The position numbers were made by a program, and so were the translations under genes. The notes under the pieces were generated by a model. That model searched no databases. It was not told where the DNA came from and worked only from the letters and a program-made list of their open reading frames with translations. From positions 452,793 through 516,792 of the forward strand of contig CAWEIZ010000002.1 in the NCBI GenBank assembly GCA_963809325.1: 64,000 bases of DNA, read 5' to 3'. The stretch comes from an uncultured Actinomycetes bacterium (GTDB lineage Bacteria > Actinomycetota > Thermoleophilia > Gaiellales > JAICJC01). Shown here piece by piece: positions 1 through 10,009 of the stretch. Within the stretch, counting starts at the first letter, position 1, and the number at the start of each line of letters is the position of its first letter.

Positions 1-417
1 GACCGCCTCATGATCGAGATCACCGAGTCGGCGGCGATCGCCCGGCCGGGGAGCCTCGAGCCCATCATGGCCGACCTGCACGAGCGCGGCCTGCGGGTCG
101 CGATCGACGACTTCGGCACCGGCCACTCGTCGCTCGAGCGGCTCTCGCAGATGCGGGTGACGACGCTCAAGATCGACCGGTCGTTCATCGCCGCCGTCCC
201 CGACGACAGGCGCGTCTCGCTGCTCGTCGCCACGATCGTCCAGCTGGCCCTAAACCTCGGCCTCGAGCCGCTGGCCGAGGGCGTCGAGACGGAGTCGCAG
301 CGCCGCTTCCTCGTCGAGCACGGCTGCATGCTCGGCCAGGGCTTCTACTTCAGCCGCGCCGTGCCGGCGGAGCAGATCGCCGAGCTCCACGCTCGCACCG
401 TGCGCCGCGCCGCGTAA
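1..417 (+). CDS. EAL-domain c-di-GMP phosphodiesterase, C-terminal fragment (5' end outside window)
   Basis: The frame is open from position 1. The translation carries EAL C-terminal motifs ([31 protein letters not shown]). It is paralogous to the C-terminus of the 7301..9838 product. Confidence 0.85.
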   Translation, partial: DRLMIEITESAAIARPGSLEPIMADLHERGLRVAIDDFGTGHSSLERLSQMRVTTLKIDRSFIAAVPDDRRVSLLVATIVQLALNLGLEPLAEGVETESQRRFLVEHGCMLGQGFYFSRAVPAEQIAELHARTVRRAA

Positions 418-423
418 CCGCCC

Positions 424-1193
424 TCAGGTCTGCACCGAGCGCCGGAACGCCTGCACCGCAAGCGGCAGCGTTACCGCGCCGACCGCCGCCGCCGCGAGGA
501 ACGCCTCCCCGATCGTCCCCCACTGCCAGCCCTCGAGCATCAGCGCCCGCATGCCGTCGACGAGGTAGCTCACCGGGTTCACCTTGTTCAGCGTCTGGAG
601 CCACGACGGCAGGAGGGCGTACGGGACGAAGGCGGTCGAGGCGAAGTAGAGCGGGAAGATGAGGACGTTCGGGCGCCGGTGATCTCGGCGTTCTTCGTCC
701 GCAGGGCGACGTTCAGCGAGATCCCCGACCACATCGCGCCGAAGAAGCCGCCGAGCAGCATCATGACGAGCAGGCCCGGGATCCCCGTCTCGAGCTTCGC
801 GCCGATCACGAGCGCCACGCAGGTGACGACGAGGACGTGCGTGGCCAGGCGCACGGCGTCGGTCGCGAGCAGGCCGGCGACGATCGAGAGCCGCGGGATC
901 GGCGCGACCCGCAGCTTGTCGAAGAAGCCGGAGTCGATGTCCTGCACCATCTGGAACCCCGCGCCGCCCGCACCGACGAGCACCGACAGCGCGACCTGCC
1001 CGGCGGCGAGAAACTCGATCGAGCTGCTCGACGAGGCGGTCTTGTACTGGCCGAAGTTCTGGAAGACCGCCGCGAAGAGGATCATCTGGAGGATCGGGAT
1101 CAGCATCGGGAAGGCGATCCGTCCGGGCACACGTGGGATCTCGCGCAGCGCGCGGCGGCAGAGGACGGCCGAGGCGACGACGCCCGCGGTCAC
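424..1193 (-). pseudogene. ABC-2 type transporter permease, one frameshift (or assembly indel)
   Basis: ORFs 588..1193 and 424..732 read as one permease (...LRTKNAEITG / PNVLIFPLYFASTAFVPYALLPSWLQ...NPVSYLVDGMR). The frame switches at a C/G run near 671-673. The start overlaps the ATPase stop at 1190-1193. Confidence 0.75.
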
Positions 1194-2161
1194 GCGGCCA
1201 CCCCGCTCTCGGCCCGGCCCTCGCCCTCGCGCGCCTCGATGGTCGCCCCGGTGTGGAGCAGGAAGACGTCGTCGAGGGTCGGCCGCGCGACCATCACCGT
1301 GCGCGGCCTGATCCCGGCGGCTCCCAGCCGCTCGACGACGGCGACGACCGCGCCCGCACCGTCGCTCGCCTCGATCGAGACGCTCTCGGGCTCCGGCGCG
1401 CGCAGCCGGCCGAGCGCCTCGAGCGCCGCCCGCGCCGCGACGACCTCGGACGAGTCGACCGCCACCGTCACCACGTCAGCCCCGATCCCCGCCTTGAGCT
1501 CGTTGGGTGTGCCCTCGGCGACGACGATCCCGCGGTCGACGATGGCGAGCCGCTCGCACAGGCGGTCGGCCTCCTCGAGGTAGTGCGTCGTCAGAAACAG
1601 CGAGACGCCCGACTCGCGCAGCCGGCCGAGCTCCGACCAGAGCGCCGCCCGGGAGGCGGGGTCGACGCCGGTCGTCGGCTCGTCGAGAAAGAGCAGCTTC
1701 GGGCGGTGGACGAGCCCGCACGCCAGGTCGATCCGGCGCCGCATGCCGCCCGAGTACGTGCGCACGAGCCGGTCGGCGGCGTCCTCGAGCTCGAACAGCT
1801 CGAGCAGCTCGTCCGCGCGGGCCCGGGTCTCGGCGCGGGAGAGCCCGTACAGGCGACCCATGAGCAGCAGGTGCTCGCGGCCGGTCGAGTACTTCGCCAG
1901 GCCCGCCTCCTGGAGGGCGAAGCCGATCGTGCGGCGCACGGCCGCCGGCTCGCGGGCGACGTCGTGTCCGGCGACCGTCGCCGTCCCCGACGTCGGCGAG
2001 AGGAGCGTGCCGAGCATGCGCATCGTCGTTGTCTTGCCCGCGCCGTTGGGCCCCAGAAGCCCGAACACCTCGCCCTCCGCGATCTCGAACGAGACGCCCC
2101 GCACCGCCTCGACACCGCCGGGGAACGTCTTGCGCAGATCGCGGCATTCCAGTATCGGCAC
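1190..2161 (-). CDS. ABC transporter ATP-binding protein (DrrA-like, partner of the ABC-2 permease)
   Basis: Walker A GPNGAGKTT, signature YSGGMRRR and Walker B LLFLDEPTTGVD are present. GTG 2161 sits just before the conserved N-terminus VPILECRDLRKTF. The rest of the 636-aa ORF is a GC artefact. Confidence 0.9.
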   Translation of the reverse strand: MPILECRDLRKTFPGGVEAVRGVSFEIAEGEVFGLLGPNGAGKTTTMRMLGTLLSPTSGTATVAGHDVAREPAAVRRTIGFALQEAGLAKYSTGREHLLLMGRLYGLSRAETRARADELLELFELEDAADRLVRTYSGGMRRRIDLACGLVHRPKLLFLDEPTTGVDPASRAALWSELGRLRESGVSLFLTTHYLEEADRLCERLAIVDRGIVVAEGTPNELKAGIGADVVTVAVDSSEVVAARAALEALGRLRAPEPESVSIEASDGAGAVVAVVERLGAAGIRPRTVMVARPTLDDVFLLHTGATIEAREGEGRAESGVAA

Positions 2162-2209
2162 GCGCGGCAGAGTAACGTCCGGATCTACCCAACGAGGAAG
2201 GTACGGCGC

Positions 2210-3190
2210 ATGCGCGGAGGCATCGATCTCGGAGGCACGAAGATCCAGGCCGTTGTCGTGGACGGCCGCTCGAAGGTGCTCGGAGAGCACCGCATGCCGA
2301 CTCCCAAGGACGCCGGCGCAGAGGGCGTCGTCTGGGCGCTGGCGGAGGCGATCAGAGCTGCGGCGGCGGCGGCGGGGGTCGAGCCGTCGGCGCTCGACGG
2401 CGTGGGCGTCGGGTCGCCAGGCACCGTCGACGCCGATGCCGGAACGGTTGCGAACGCCCGGAACGTCATCTCGAGCTGGGAGGCGCCGGTGCCCGTCGGC
2501 GCGAGCCTCGCGGACGAGGTCGGCACGGCCGTGCACCTCGGCCACGACGTGCGCGTCGGGACGATGGCCGAGTTCCGGCTGGGGGCGGGCAAGCCGTACC
2601 GGTCGATCCTGGGCGTCTTCTGGGGGACCGGCGTCGGCGGCGGTCTCGTCCTGAACGGCAGGGCCTGGACCGGTCGCCACGCGGCCGGAGAGATCGGCCA
2701 CATGGTGATCAGGCGCGGCGGGGCCCGCTGTCCGTGCGGCCGGATCGGCTGCATGGAGGCCTATGCGGGGCGGCTGGCGATGGAGCGTGAGGCCCGCCGG
2801 CGGCAGAAGGCCGGCCACAAGACCAAGCTCTTCGACATCATGCGCGACCGTGACCGCACGCAGCTCACGAGCGGCGTCTGGGCGCGCGCGCTCGAGCGCG
2901 GCGACGACATGGCGAAGGAGCTGATCGAGCGCGCCATCGAGGCGCTGGGAGCCGGGGTCGCCTCGGCGTGCAACCTGCTCGACGTCGAGGCCGTGATCAT
3001 CGGTGGCGGGCTGGGGACGCGGCTCGGCGAGGACTACGCGGGCAGGATCGAGAAGGCGATGCGGCCGCACGTCTTCGTCGACAACCCGCCGGCCGTGCAC
3101 GTCGCGGCGCTCGGGGACCTGGGCGGCGCGATCGGCGCCGCGCTTCTCGTGCCCGTCGTCAGGGCGGGCAGTGCCGCTCGAGGAAGCTGA
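2210..3190 (+). CDS. ROK family glucokinase / sugar kinase
   Basis: MRGGIDLGGTKI N-terminal motif, GEIGHM, and the zinc motif CPCGRIGCMEAY. An AGGAAGG RBS precedes ATG 2210, which is in frame with track ORF 1133..3190. Confidence 0.85.
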   Translation: MRGGIDLGGTKIQAVVVDGRSKVLGEHRMPTPKDAGAEGVVWALAEAIRAAAAAAGVEPSALDGVGVGSPGTVDADAGTVANARNVISSWEAPVPVGASLADEVGTAVHLGHDVRVGTMAEFRLGAGKPYRSILGVFWGTGVGGGLVLNGRAWTGRHAAGEIGHMVIRRGGARCPCGRIGCMEAYAGRLAMEREARRRQKAGHKTKLFDIMRDRDRTQLTSGVWARALERGDDMAKELIERAIEALGAGVASACNLLDVEAVIIGGGLGTRLGEDYAGRIEKAMRPHVFVDNPPAVHVAALGDLGGAIGAALLVPVVRAGSAARGS

Positions 3191-5105
3191 CGACCCGCTC
3201 CATCCGGTCGACCCGGCGGTCGGGCCGGGCGGTCGCCATCATCACGTGGTGCTCCTCGGGGTAGAGCACGAGCTCGACGTCGTGGCCGCGCTCGCGGAGC
3301 GCCACGAAGAGCTGCCAGTTGTCGTCGATCGGGCAGATCCGGTCGGCCTCGCCCTGGAGCATCAGCATCGGCGCGGCGATGCGGTGGGCCATCCGCAGGG
3401 GTGACGCCTGCCACAGCGCGTCCTGGTGGGTCGCGAGCGGCCCGTAGCCGATGTCGTGGTCGTACGAGGCGCCGAAGCACGACACGGCGTGGGCCGTCGA
3501 CATCGACGCGACGCCGTTCTCGGAGACGACGCAGCAGAACCGCCTGGGCTCGGCGCCGGCCAGCCAGTTGGCAGCCCACCCGCCGTAGGAGAGGCCCATG
3601 ACGGCCATCCGGGCCGGGTCGGCCAGGCGCCGCCGCACGGCCCACTTCACGGCGGTCACGAGATCGTCGGCGTCGGGGCCACCCCACTTCCCCTGGATGG
3701 GCTCGACCCAGGCCCGGCCGTAGCCGCACGACCCGCGGATGTTCGGCGCGAGCACGCGGTAGCCGCGCGAGACGAGCACCCACGTGTCGAGCTCCGGCGT
3801 CGGGGCGTGGGAGCCGTACGGCCCACCGTGGGGCGCGAGCACCATCGCCGTTCGCTCGCCTGCGCCGGGCGGCTCGAACAGGAAGGCCGGCACGCCGCCC
3901 GCATCGACCTCGCGCACGACCGGCGCGGGGCTGCGGCGGAGCCACGACCCGCCGTGGCTCGTGAGTGACCGGAGCCGCCCGTTCTCGACGGCGCACACCT
4001 CGGGCGGGCTCTGGTCGCCGGTCGCGGTCGTGACGATCCGCCCCGATCCGACCGAGACGGCCGACAGCGTGGTGTCGCCCGTCGTCGCCGGCTCCGGGTC
4101 GCCGCGCAGCGGGACGCGCCACACCTCGTCGCGCCCGCGCCGGTTCATGATCGCGAGGAGGTCGTCGCCGTCCCAGCGCGGCACCGGGTCGACCGCGTCG
4201 AGCCAGTCGTGCAGGTCGGAGCCCCACCCGATCGTGGTCGGGACGTCGAGGTGGGCAGTCAGGCTGCGGACGTCAGAGCCCTCGCGCACCCACAGGGTGG
4301 GCTCCGCGTAGTCGGGCGCGCCGGGGATGTCGGTGCCGACGAACGCCAGCCGGCGGCCGTCGGGCGACCAGACCGGCTGCTCGGCGAAGCCGGGGAGCGC
4401 GACCAGCTCCCTGGGCTTCCCCCCGCGAACCGCCACCTCGTACAGGCGGGTCTTCGGGCGGATGTCGGCATCGGGCTCGAGGATCGACGTGAAGGCGAGC
4501 CGCTTCCCCGACGGGTGCCACGACGGCTGCGAGACGTCGAAGTCGCCCTTCGTCACCTGGCGCGGCCGGGCGCCGGGGCGGGCCGCGACGACGAAGAGAT
4601 GCGAGCGGCGGTCGTTCGTGCCGCTGTCGTCCTGCCAGTCGGTCGTGCGGATGACGCGCGCCACGTGCTTCTTGGGATCCCCGGTCCAGAACCGCACCTC
4701 CTCGCCCGAGGAGACGAACGCGATCGTGTGGCCGTCGGGCGACCAGAGCGGAGCGCCCACGCTGCCGTGCGGCGCCCTGCAGACCCGCTCGGCCTCGCCG
4801 CCGTCGGGGTCGATCAGGTAGAGCTCGGCCCCCGTGTCGTCGTCGGGCTTGGCGGCGGTGCCGCGATCCGAGAGGAACGCGATCGTGCGGCCGTCGGGCG
4901 ACCAGGCCGGCGCGGTGTCGCTCCACCTCCCGTGGGTGAGCCGCCGTGGCCGCCCGCCGCGATACGGGACGAGCCACAGGCTCACCTGGTAGCGGTCGCC
5001 CGCCACCGTGCGGCGCGTGTAGACGACGCGCTCGCCGTCCGGCGACACGGCCGAGACGCCGATGACGGCCTGGCGGCGGATGACGTCTGGCCCGAGAGGC
5101 GGCAC
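3159..5105 (-). CDS. S9 family peptidase (beta-propeller plus prolyl-oligopeptidase-type hydrolase domain)
   Basis: Repeated SPDG..(I/L)AF propeller motifs and a GLSYGGW nucleophile elbow. The full 648-aa ORF is intact. Its 3' end overlaps the ROK gene by 32 nt in convergent orientation. Confidence 0.85.
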   Translation of the reverse strand: MPPLGPDVIRRQAVIGVSAVSPDGERVVYTRRTVAGDRYQVSLWLVPYRGGRPRRLTHGRWSDTAPAWSPDGRTIAFLSDRGTAAKPDDDTGAELYLIDPDGGEAERVCRAPHGSVGAPLWSPDGHTIAFVSSGEEVRFWTGDPKKHVARVIRTTDWQDDSGTNDRRSHLFVVAARPGARPRQVTKGDFDVSQPSWHPSGKRLAFTSILEPDADIRPKTRLYEVAVRGGKPRELVALPGFAEQPVWSPDGRRLAFVGTDIPGAPDYAEPTLWVREGSDVRSLTAHLDVPTTIGWGSDLHDWLDAVDPVPRWDGDDLLAIMNRRGRDEVWRVPLRGDPEPATTGDTTLSAVSVGSGRIVTTATGDQSPPEVCAVENGRLRSLTSHGGSWLRRSPAPVVREVDAGGVPAFLFEPPGAGERTAMVLAPHGGPYGSHAPTPELDTWVLVSRGYRVLAPNIRGSCGYGRAWVEPIQGKWGGPDADDLVTAVKWAVRRRLADPARMAVMGLSYGGWAANWLAGAEPRRFCCVVSENGVASMSTAHAVSCFGASYDHDIGYGPLATHQDALWQASPLRMAHRIAAPMLMLQGEADRICPIDDNWQLFVALRERGHDVELVLYPEEHHVMMATARPDRRVDRMERVVSFLERHCPP

Positions 5106-5114
5106 GAGCGCGGA

Positions 5115-6314
5115 CTATACGGGGTCGATCGCGACGTCGAGCCGTGCGTGCGCCGTGCGGAGCGCCGACTCGACCTCGTCCGGGCCGGCGCCGCGCGCGA
5201 ACATGAACCCCAGGTACCGATCGCCCTCGGGCAGCGGGACCATCCGGCCCCCGACGGGGATGGTGATGCGGAGGTCGGAGATGCCGGGCACGGCCCGCGC
5301 CTCGTCCTGGCCGGACACCCCCCGCAGGGTGCCGGCCCCCGGGATCGGCAGCATCATGACCCCGGCCGCCGCCTCCTCACGCCTGAGCCGCCCTTCGAGC
5401 GGGAGCCCCAGCGCGTGGCGCAGGATGACCTCCTCGAGCCGCACGCCGAGCCCGAACCGGAGCGTCCGCCCGCACAGCCCGCCGATCGAGCGGGCGGCCA
5501 GCTCGATCGCCCACATCCGGGGCCCGTCGAGGCGCACCTCGGCGTGGAGTGGCCCCTCGCGCAGGCCCACCGCGGCGGCCGCCGCGGCCACGAGCCGCTC
5601 GACCGCGGCGTGCGCGTCCTCCGGCAGGCGCGACGGCGTCACGTAGATCGTCTCCTCGAAGTAGGGGCCCTCGAGCGGATCGGGCTTGTCGAAGACGGCG
5701 AGCGTCTCCATCCGGCCGTCGCGAAGCAGGGCTTCGACGGCGACCTCGACGCCCGGCACGTACTCCTCGAGGAGGAGCGGCGCGGCCGGGTCGTCGCCGG
5801 CGGCCGCCACGATCCTGCGGATGCGGCGCTCGGACTCGCGCGCGGCCCCGGCGTCGTCGGCGCGGATGACGCCCCGCCCCATCGCGAGCCGCGTGGGCTT
5901 CAGGACGGCGGGGAACCCGACGGCGGCCACGTCCCCGCCCGGCGGGAGCGCGGCGAAGCGCGGCTGGGAGACGCCTACCGCGGCGAGCGCTTGCCGCAGC
6001 GCGAGCTTGTCACGCGCCCGGCTCGCGGCCTCGGGAGGATTCGCCGGCAGGCCGAGCCGGGTGGCGGCGATCGCCGCTGCGACGACCCCGCCGTCGTCGG
6101 CGGCCACGACGGCGTCGAGCGGCCGTTCGCGGGCGAGCTCGACGATCGCCTCGGCAGCGCGCTCGGGCCGGCGCAGATCGATCCGGAGCGCATCGCCGAT
6201 CGTCTGGCGGCGGTCGGTCGCCACGACCACCTCGACGTCGAGCGCCGACGCGGCGGCGAGGAAGTCCTCGGTGCGGTATCCGGAGGTCGGCAGGATGAGG
6301 AGCGCCCGGGGCAT
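5115..6314 (-). CDS. ATP-grasp domain protein
   Basis: The 399-aa ORF has an ATP-grasp layout (KLALRQALAAVGV, FPAVLKP, LLLEEYVPGVEVAVEAL, LHAEVRL). It ends 9 nt upstream of the S9 peptidase gene on the same strand. Confidence 0.8.
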   Translation of the reverse strand: MPRALLILPTSGYRTEDFLAAASALDVEVVVATDRRQTIGDALRIDLRRPERAAEAIVELARERPLDAVVAADDGGVVAAAIAATRLGLPANPPEAASRARDKLALRQALAAVGVSQPRFAALPPGGDVAAVGFPAVLKPTRLAMGRGVIRADDAGAARESERRIRRIVAAAGDDPAAPLLLEEYVPGVEVAVEALLRDGRMETLAVFDKPDPLEGPYFEETIYVTPSRLPEDAHAAVERLVAAAAAAVGLREGPLHAEVRLDGPRMWAIELAARSIGGLCGRTLRFGLGVRLEEVILRHALGLPLEGRLRREEAAAGVMMLPIPGAGTLRGVSGQDEARAVPGISDLRITIPVGGRMVPLPEGDRYLGFMFARGAGPDEVESALRTAHARLDVAIDPV

Positions 6315-6331
6315 GCCGGTACCCTACGGGT

Positions 6332-6952
6332 GTGGAGAGCATCCTCACCGTCACCGACGCCGCCATCGAGAAGGCGGTCATGGTGCGCTCGCGCGAGGAC
6401 GAGCCGGAGCGGCATGCGCTGTGGGTCGAGATCGTCGGATCCGGGCCCCAGCCGGGATACGACCTGTACCTCCAGCCGCTCGACCTGGCCCCGCCCGATG
6501 CCCACGTCCAGGACCACGGCCGGATCGCCGTCGTCATCCCCGCCGGGAGCATCGAGGCCCTGCGCGGCGCGACGCTCGACCGGCAGGGCGATCTCCTGAC
6601 CGGCGGGCTCGTCCTGAACACGCCGGCGCCACCGCCTGCGAGCCCGGCGATGGGGGCGCCGCCGGACGCGCTCGAGGGGCCCGTCGCCGAGCGCGTCCAT
6701 CGCGTGCTCGAGGAGCAGATCAACCCGGCGATCGCCTCGCACGGCGGGTCGGCGGAGCTGGTCGCGGTGCAGGAGGGCGTGGCCTACCTGCGCCTCGGCG
6801 GCGGCTGCGTGGGCTGCGGGATGGTCGCCGTGACCCTGACGCAGGGCATCGAGTCGGCGATCCTCCAGACGGTCCCGGAGGTCCACCGCATCGTCGACGT
6901 CACGGATCACGCGGCCGGGACGAACCCGTACTTCGAGCCCGCCAAGAAGTAG
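6332..6952 (+). CDS. Nfu/NifU-type Fe-S cluster assembly protein with HesB/IscA-like N-domain
   Basis: The C-terminal Nfu domain reads INPAIASHGGSAELV...GGGCVGCGM...TLTQGIE. The start is a GTG only 17 nt from the divergent ATP-grasp start, so it is uncertain. Confidence 0.75.
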   Translation: MESILTVTDAAIEKAVMVRSREDEPERHALWVEIVGSGPQPGYDLYLQPLDLAPPDAHVQDHGRIAVVIPAGSIEALRGATLDRQGDLLTGGLVLNTPAPPPASPAMGAPPDALEGPVAERVHRVLEEQINPAIASHGGSAELVAVQEGVAYLRLGGGCVGCGMVAVTLTQGIESAILQTVPEVHRIVDVTDHAAGTNPYFEPAKK

Positions 6953-7050
6953 ATGTGGTAGGGGTGAACCCCCCGTCCGGGGCAGGGCGGACCGGCGGCC
7001 GGCCGCTAGGCTGGCGTTGAGGGTAGGCAGTTCGACACGGGGGTCGTGGG

Positions 7051-7251
7051 ATGAGCATTGCAGTCGCCGCTGAGAACGGCACGATGTGCGCGGGGCACGC
7101 GGCGCGCGGGGACTTCCGCTGCGCCGACTGCGGCTACGGCGTGACGATCCACCGCACGCTTCCCACCTGCCCGATGTGCCGCGGCGAGCACTGGGAGATC
7201 TGGCCGGTCGCCCGTGCATCGGCGCCTCCGGTGCGCCTCGGCGTCCGCTAG
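7051..7251 (+). CDS. small zinc-ribbon protein (hypothetical)
   Basis: 66-aa ORF with two CxxC pairs (CADCGY ... CPMCRG) and GC3-rich codons. I do not recognise a family. Confidence 0.5.
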   Translation: MSIAVAAENGTMCAGHAARGDFRCADCGYGVTIHRTLPTCPMCRGEHWEIWPVARASAPPVRLGVR

Positions 7252-7300
7252 CTCACGTCCGCTCAAGGGCGGCCGCCGCCTGGCCGATGGGAAGGGCGAG

Positions 7301-9838
7301 GTGGCGTCCCCCAGCCGTCAACAGGCGCTGTTCGAGCTTGCCCGTGACCTCTCGTCGACGCTCGAGCTCGACGAGGTCGCCCGGGCATTCACGGCCCATG
7401 CTCCTGAGCTGACCGGCGGTGAGGTCCGGATCTGGCTCCTGCGCGACCGCCCACGGCGGCTGGTCCCGCTCAGCGAGCCCGTGGCCGAGCGGCCGCTCGA
7501 CGATGACGCCGCGGAGCTGGCGGTCATCCGCTCGCGCCGGCCGCTTCGGACTCCGGCCCTCTTCATCCTCCCGCTCACCGCATCCGACCGCGCGATCGGC
7601 GTCATCGAGGTCGACGGCGCGTCGACGGCCCAGCTCGCATCGGGCGGGATGCAGTACTGGCGCACGCTCGGCGAGATCGTCGGCGCAGCGGTCGAGAACG
7701 CGCGCCGCCACGAGAAGCTGATGGAGGCCGCGAGCCGCTTCCGGTCGCTCGTCGAGCAGATCCCGGTGGTGACGTACATCGATCGCGCCGGCACCGGCGA
7801 GCCGATCTACGTGAGCCCGCAGATCGACGCCGTCATCGGCGTGCCGGCCGCCGAGTGGCTGGCCAACCCCGACGCCTGGACGGCCAGGATCCACCCCGAC
7901 GACCGCGACGCGGCGGTCGCGGCGTACGGGCGGACGATCGAGCTCGGCGAGCCGTTCACGTTCGAGTACCGGGTGATCGACGTGTCGGGTCGGACGCGCT
8001 GGTTTCACGACGAGGCCGTCGCCGTGGCGACCGACGGCAACCGTGACGACGAGATCCACGGCGTGGTCTACGACATCACCGAGCGCAAGGAGGCCGAGCA
8101 GGCCATGCGGGCGTCGGAGCGAGCCCTCGGCGATGCCGAGCACCGCTACCGGACGCTCGTCGAGCAGCTGCCCCTCGCCATCTACATCGATGCGCTCGAC
8201 GAGGGCGGGACGTCGCTCTACAACAGCCCCCAGAACGACGTGATCACCGGCTACACGCATCCCGAGTGGGAGCAGGATCCCGACCTCTTCGCCAAGATCA
8301 TCCACGAGGACGACCGCCGCCGGGTGCTTGATGGCTTCGAGGCCGCCCGGATCGACAGCGCGCCGTTCGTGAGCGAGTACCGCATCGTGCGCCCCGACGG
8401 AACGATGGTGTGGGTGCACGACGAGTCGGTCGTCGTGCGCGATGCCGCCGGAGAGGCGCTCCACCGCCAGGGCTATCTCCTCGACATCACCCAGCGCAAG
8501 CTCGCGGAGGAGCGGCTCGGGCACCTCGCCTACCACGACTCGCTGACAGGCCTTCCGAACCGCGACCTGTTCTCGGAGCACCTGGAGGTCGCGCTGGCGC
8601 GGGCGGAGCCGACCGGTCACGGCGTCGCCGTGCTGTACGTCGACCTCGACGACTTCAAGCTCGTCAACGACTCGCTCGGCCACAGCGCCGGCGACGAGCT
8701 CCTGATCGAGGTGGCGCAGCGGCTCCTCGGCGCGGTGCGCTCGGGCGACATCGTCGCCCGCCAGAGCGGGGACGAGTTCCTGATCCTGGTCGCCGACCTC
8801 GACGTCTCTGCCGACGGCGACGGCGTCGCCATCGCCGATGTGGCGCGCAACATCGCCCAGAACCTGCGGACGGCGCTCGCCGCGCCGTTCGAGCTCGGTG
8901 GCACCGAGGTGTACTGCTCCGGCAGCGTCGGCATCAGCATCTATCCGGTCGACGCCGTCGACGCGGCCAGCCTGCTGAAGCACGCCGACGCCGCCATGTA
9001 CCGGGCCAAGGAGTCGGGCCGGGACGGCGCCCACCTGTACACGCGCGAGGGCGGCGACGCGATGGCGCGCCTCTCGATGGCCGGGCGGCTGCGCCGGGCC
9101 GCCGCGCGGGACGAGTTCGTGCTGCACTACCAGCCGCTGGTCGACCTCTCGACGGGAGCGGCGGTCGGCGTCGAGGCCCTCATCCGCTGGTTCGACGGCG
9201 ACCGGGGGATGATCATGCCCGGAGACTTCATCCCGCTCGCAGAGCGCACCGGCCTGATCGCGCCGATCTCGGAGTGGGTCGTCGAGGAGGCCTGCCGCCA
9301 GGGCCGAGCCTGGCGCGACGCCGGGCTCGACCTCTACGTCTCGGTGAACCTGCCGGCCGCCTTCTGGGAGCCGACCGCGATGCGGCACGTCCTCGACACG
9401 ATCGAGTCGTTCGGCCTCTCGCCCGACCGGATGATGATCGAGATCACCGAGTCGACCGCCGCTCGGGAGGGCTTTCGCGAGGCACCGATCCTCGCCGAGC
9501 TTCACGAGCGCGGCCTGCGCCTGGCCATCGACGACTTCGGCACGGGCCATTCGAGCCTCGAGCGCCTGAACCGGATGGCCGTGACGACGCTCAAGATCGA
9601 CCGCTCGTTCGTCGCGGGCGTGCCCGCCGATCGCAGCGCGTGCGTCCTCGTCGCGGCGATGCTCGGGCTCGCCGACGGGCTCGGCCTTCAGGCTTTGGCG
9701 GAGGGCATCGAGACCGAGGCCCAGCGCGCATTCCTGCTGGACCACGGCTGCCCGCTCGGACAGGGCTTCCTGTTCTCGCCGGCGGTCGCGCCAACGCAGG
9801 TCGAGCCGCTCGTGCGGCGGCTCCCGCGGGCGGCCTGA
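7301..9838 (+). CDS. GAF-PAS-PAS-GGDEF-EAL signalling protein (GGDEF site reads SGDEF)
   Basis: A GAF-like N-terminus and two PAS units are followed by a GGDEF domain ([10 protein letters not shown]) and an EAL domain ([25 protein letters not shown]). GTG 7301 is preferred because it has a GGGAAGGG RBS and does not overlap the previous ORF. GTG 7214 is the alternative. Confidence 0.85.
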   Translation: MASPSRQQALFELARDLSSTLELDEVARAFTAHAPELTGGEVRIWLLRDRPRRLVPLSEPVAERPLDDDAAELAVIRSRRPLRTPALFILPLTASDRAIGVIEVDGASTAQLASGGMQYWRTLGEIVGAAVENARRHEKLMEAASRFRSLVEQIPVVTYIDRAGTGEPIYVSPQIDAVIGVPAAEWLANPDAWTARIHPDDRDAAVAAYGRTIELGEPFTFEYRVIDVSGRTRWFHDEAVAVATDGNRDDEIHGVVYDITERKEAEQAMRASERALGDAEHRYRTLVEQLPLAIYIDALDEGGTSLYNSPQNDVITGYTHPEWEQDPDLFAKIIHEDDRRRVLDGFEAARIDSAPFVSEYRIVRPDGTMVWVHDESVVVRDAAGEALHRQGYLLDITQRKLAEERLGHLAYHDSLTGLPNRDLFSEHLEVALARAEPTGHGVAVLYVDLDDFKLVNDSLGHSAGDELLIEVAQRLLGAVRSGDIVARQSGDEFLILVADLDVSADGDGVAIADVARNIAQNLRTALAAPFELGGTEVYCSGSVGISIYPVDAVDAASLLKHADAAMYRAKESGRDGAHLYTREGGDAMARLSMAGRLRRAAARDEFVLHYQPLVDLSTGAAVGVEALIRWFDGDRGMIMPGDFIPLAERTGLIAPISEWVVEEACRQGRAWRDAGLDLYVSVNLPAAFWEPTAMRHVLDTIESFGLSPDRMMIEITESTAAREGFREAPILAELHERGLRLAIDDFGTGHSSLERLNRMAVTTLKIDRSFVAGVPADRSACVLVAAMLGLADGLGLQALAEGIETEAQRAFLLDHGCPLGQGFLFSPAVAPTQVEPLVRRLPRAA

Positions 9839-9843
9839 GTCTC

Positions 9844-9893
9844 GACGAACCCCGTGGGGCCAGGCCCCGTACGGGGCCTGGCCCCGGTTGTTC
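9844..9893. repeat. REP-like palindromic element, copy A
   Basis: Sequence GACGAACCCCGTGGGGCCAGGCCCCGTACGGGGCCTGGCCCCGGTTGTTC. The core is a perfect 13-bp stem, GGGGCCAGGCCCC/GGGGCCTGGCCCC, around a GTAC loop. It starts 6 nt after the stop at 9838. Confidence 0.9.
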
Positions 9894-9954
9894 GCCGCGG
9901 CGAATGGGGACCAGGTATCGCATCGAAAGCGTGACAACTGGCCGGTTTAGCCTG

Positions 9955-10004
9955 GACGAACCCCGTGGGGCCAGGCCCCGTACGGGGCCTGGCCCCGGTT
10001 GTTC
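9955..10004. repeat. REP-like palindromic element, copy B
   Basis: Identical 50-nt copy of element A, 61 nt downstream. It ends 6 nt before the convergent kynU stop at 10010. Confidence 0.9.
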
Positions 10005-10009
10005 TGCGC

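Noticed and set aside
4209-6599. Very long ORFs antisense to, or out of frame with, well-supported genes. Examples are 4209..6599 (+), 7253..9937 (-), 25235..26974 (+), 28369..30246 (+), 42363..43577 (-), 43216..45033 (-) and 57911..60064 (+).
   Set aside because: Their translations are Arg/Pro/Gly/Ala/Asp-rich low-complexity strings with no motifs. Each overlaps a gene with clear family signatures. Long spurious ORFs are expected in very GC-rich DNA.
6964-6995. Possible seventh, degenerate REP-like copy after the Nfu stop (GTGAACCCCCCGTCCGGGGCAGGGCGGACCGG).
   Set aside because: It shares only the GAACCCC..GGGGC start and a different hairpin (GTCCG/CGGAC). It is too diverged to call by eye.
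7214-7300. Upstream GTG 7214 as the start of the GGDEF-EAL gene.
   Set aside because: It would overlap the zinc-ribbon ORF by 38 nt and add an Arg/Ser-rich tail. GTG 7301 has a good RBS. It is kept as an alternative because it cannot be excluded.
9844-10004. Two identical 50-nt repeats with a 61-nt spacer, considered as a mini-CRISPR array.
   Set aside because: There are only two repeats, and they are long perfect palindromes belonging to a dispersed family. No cas genes or leader are present.
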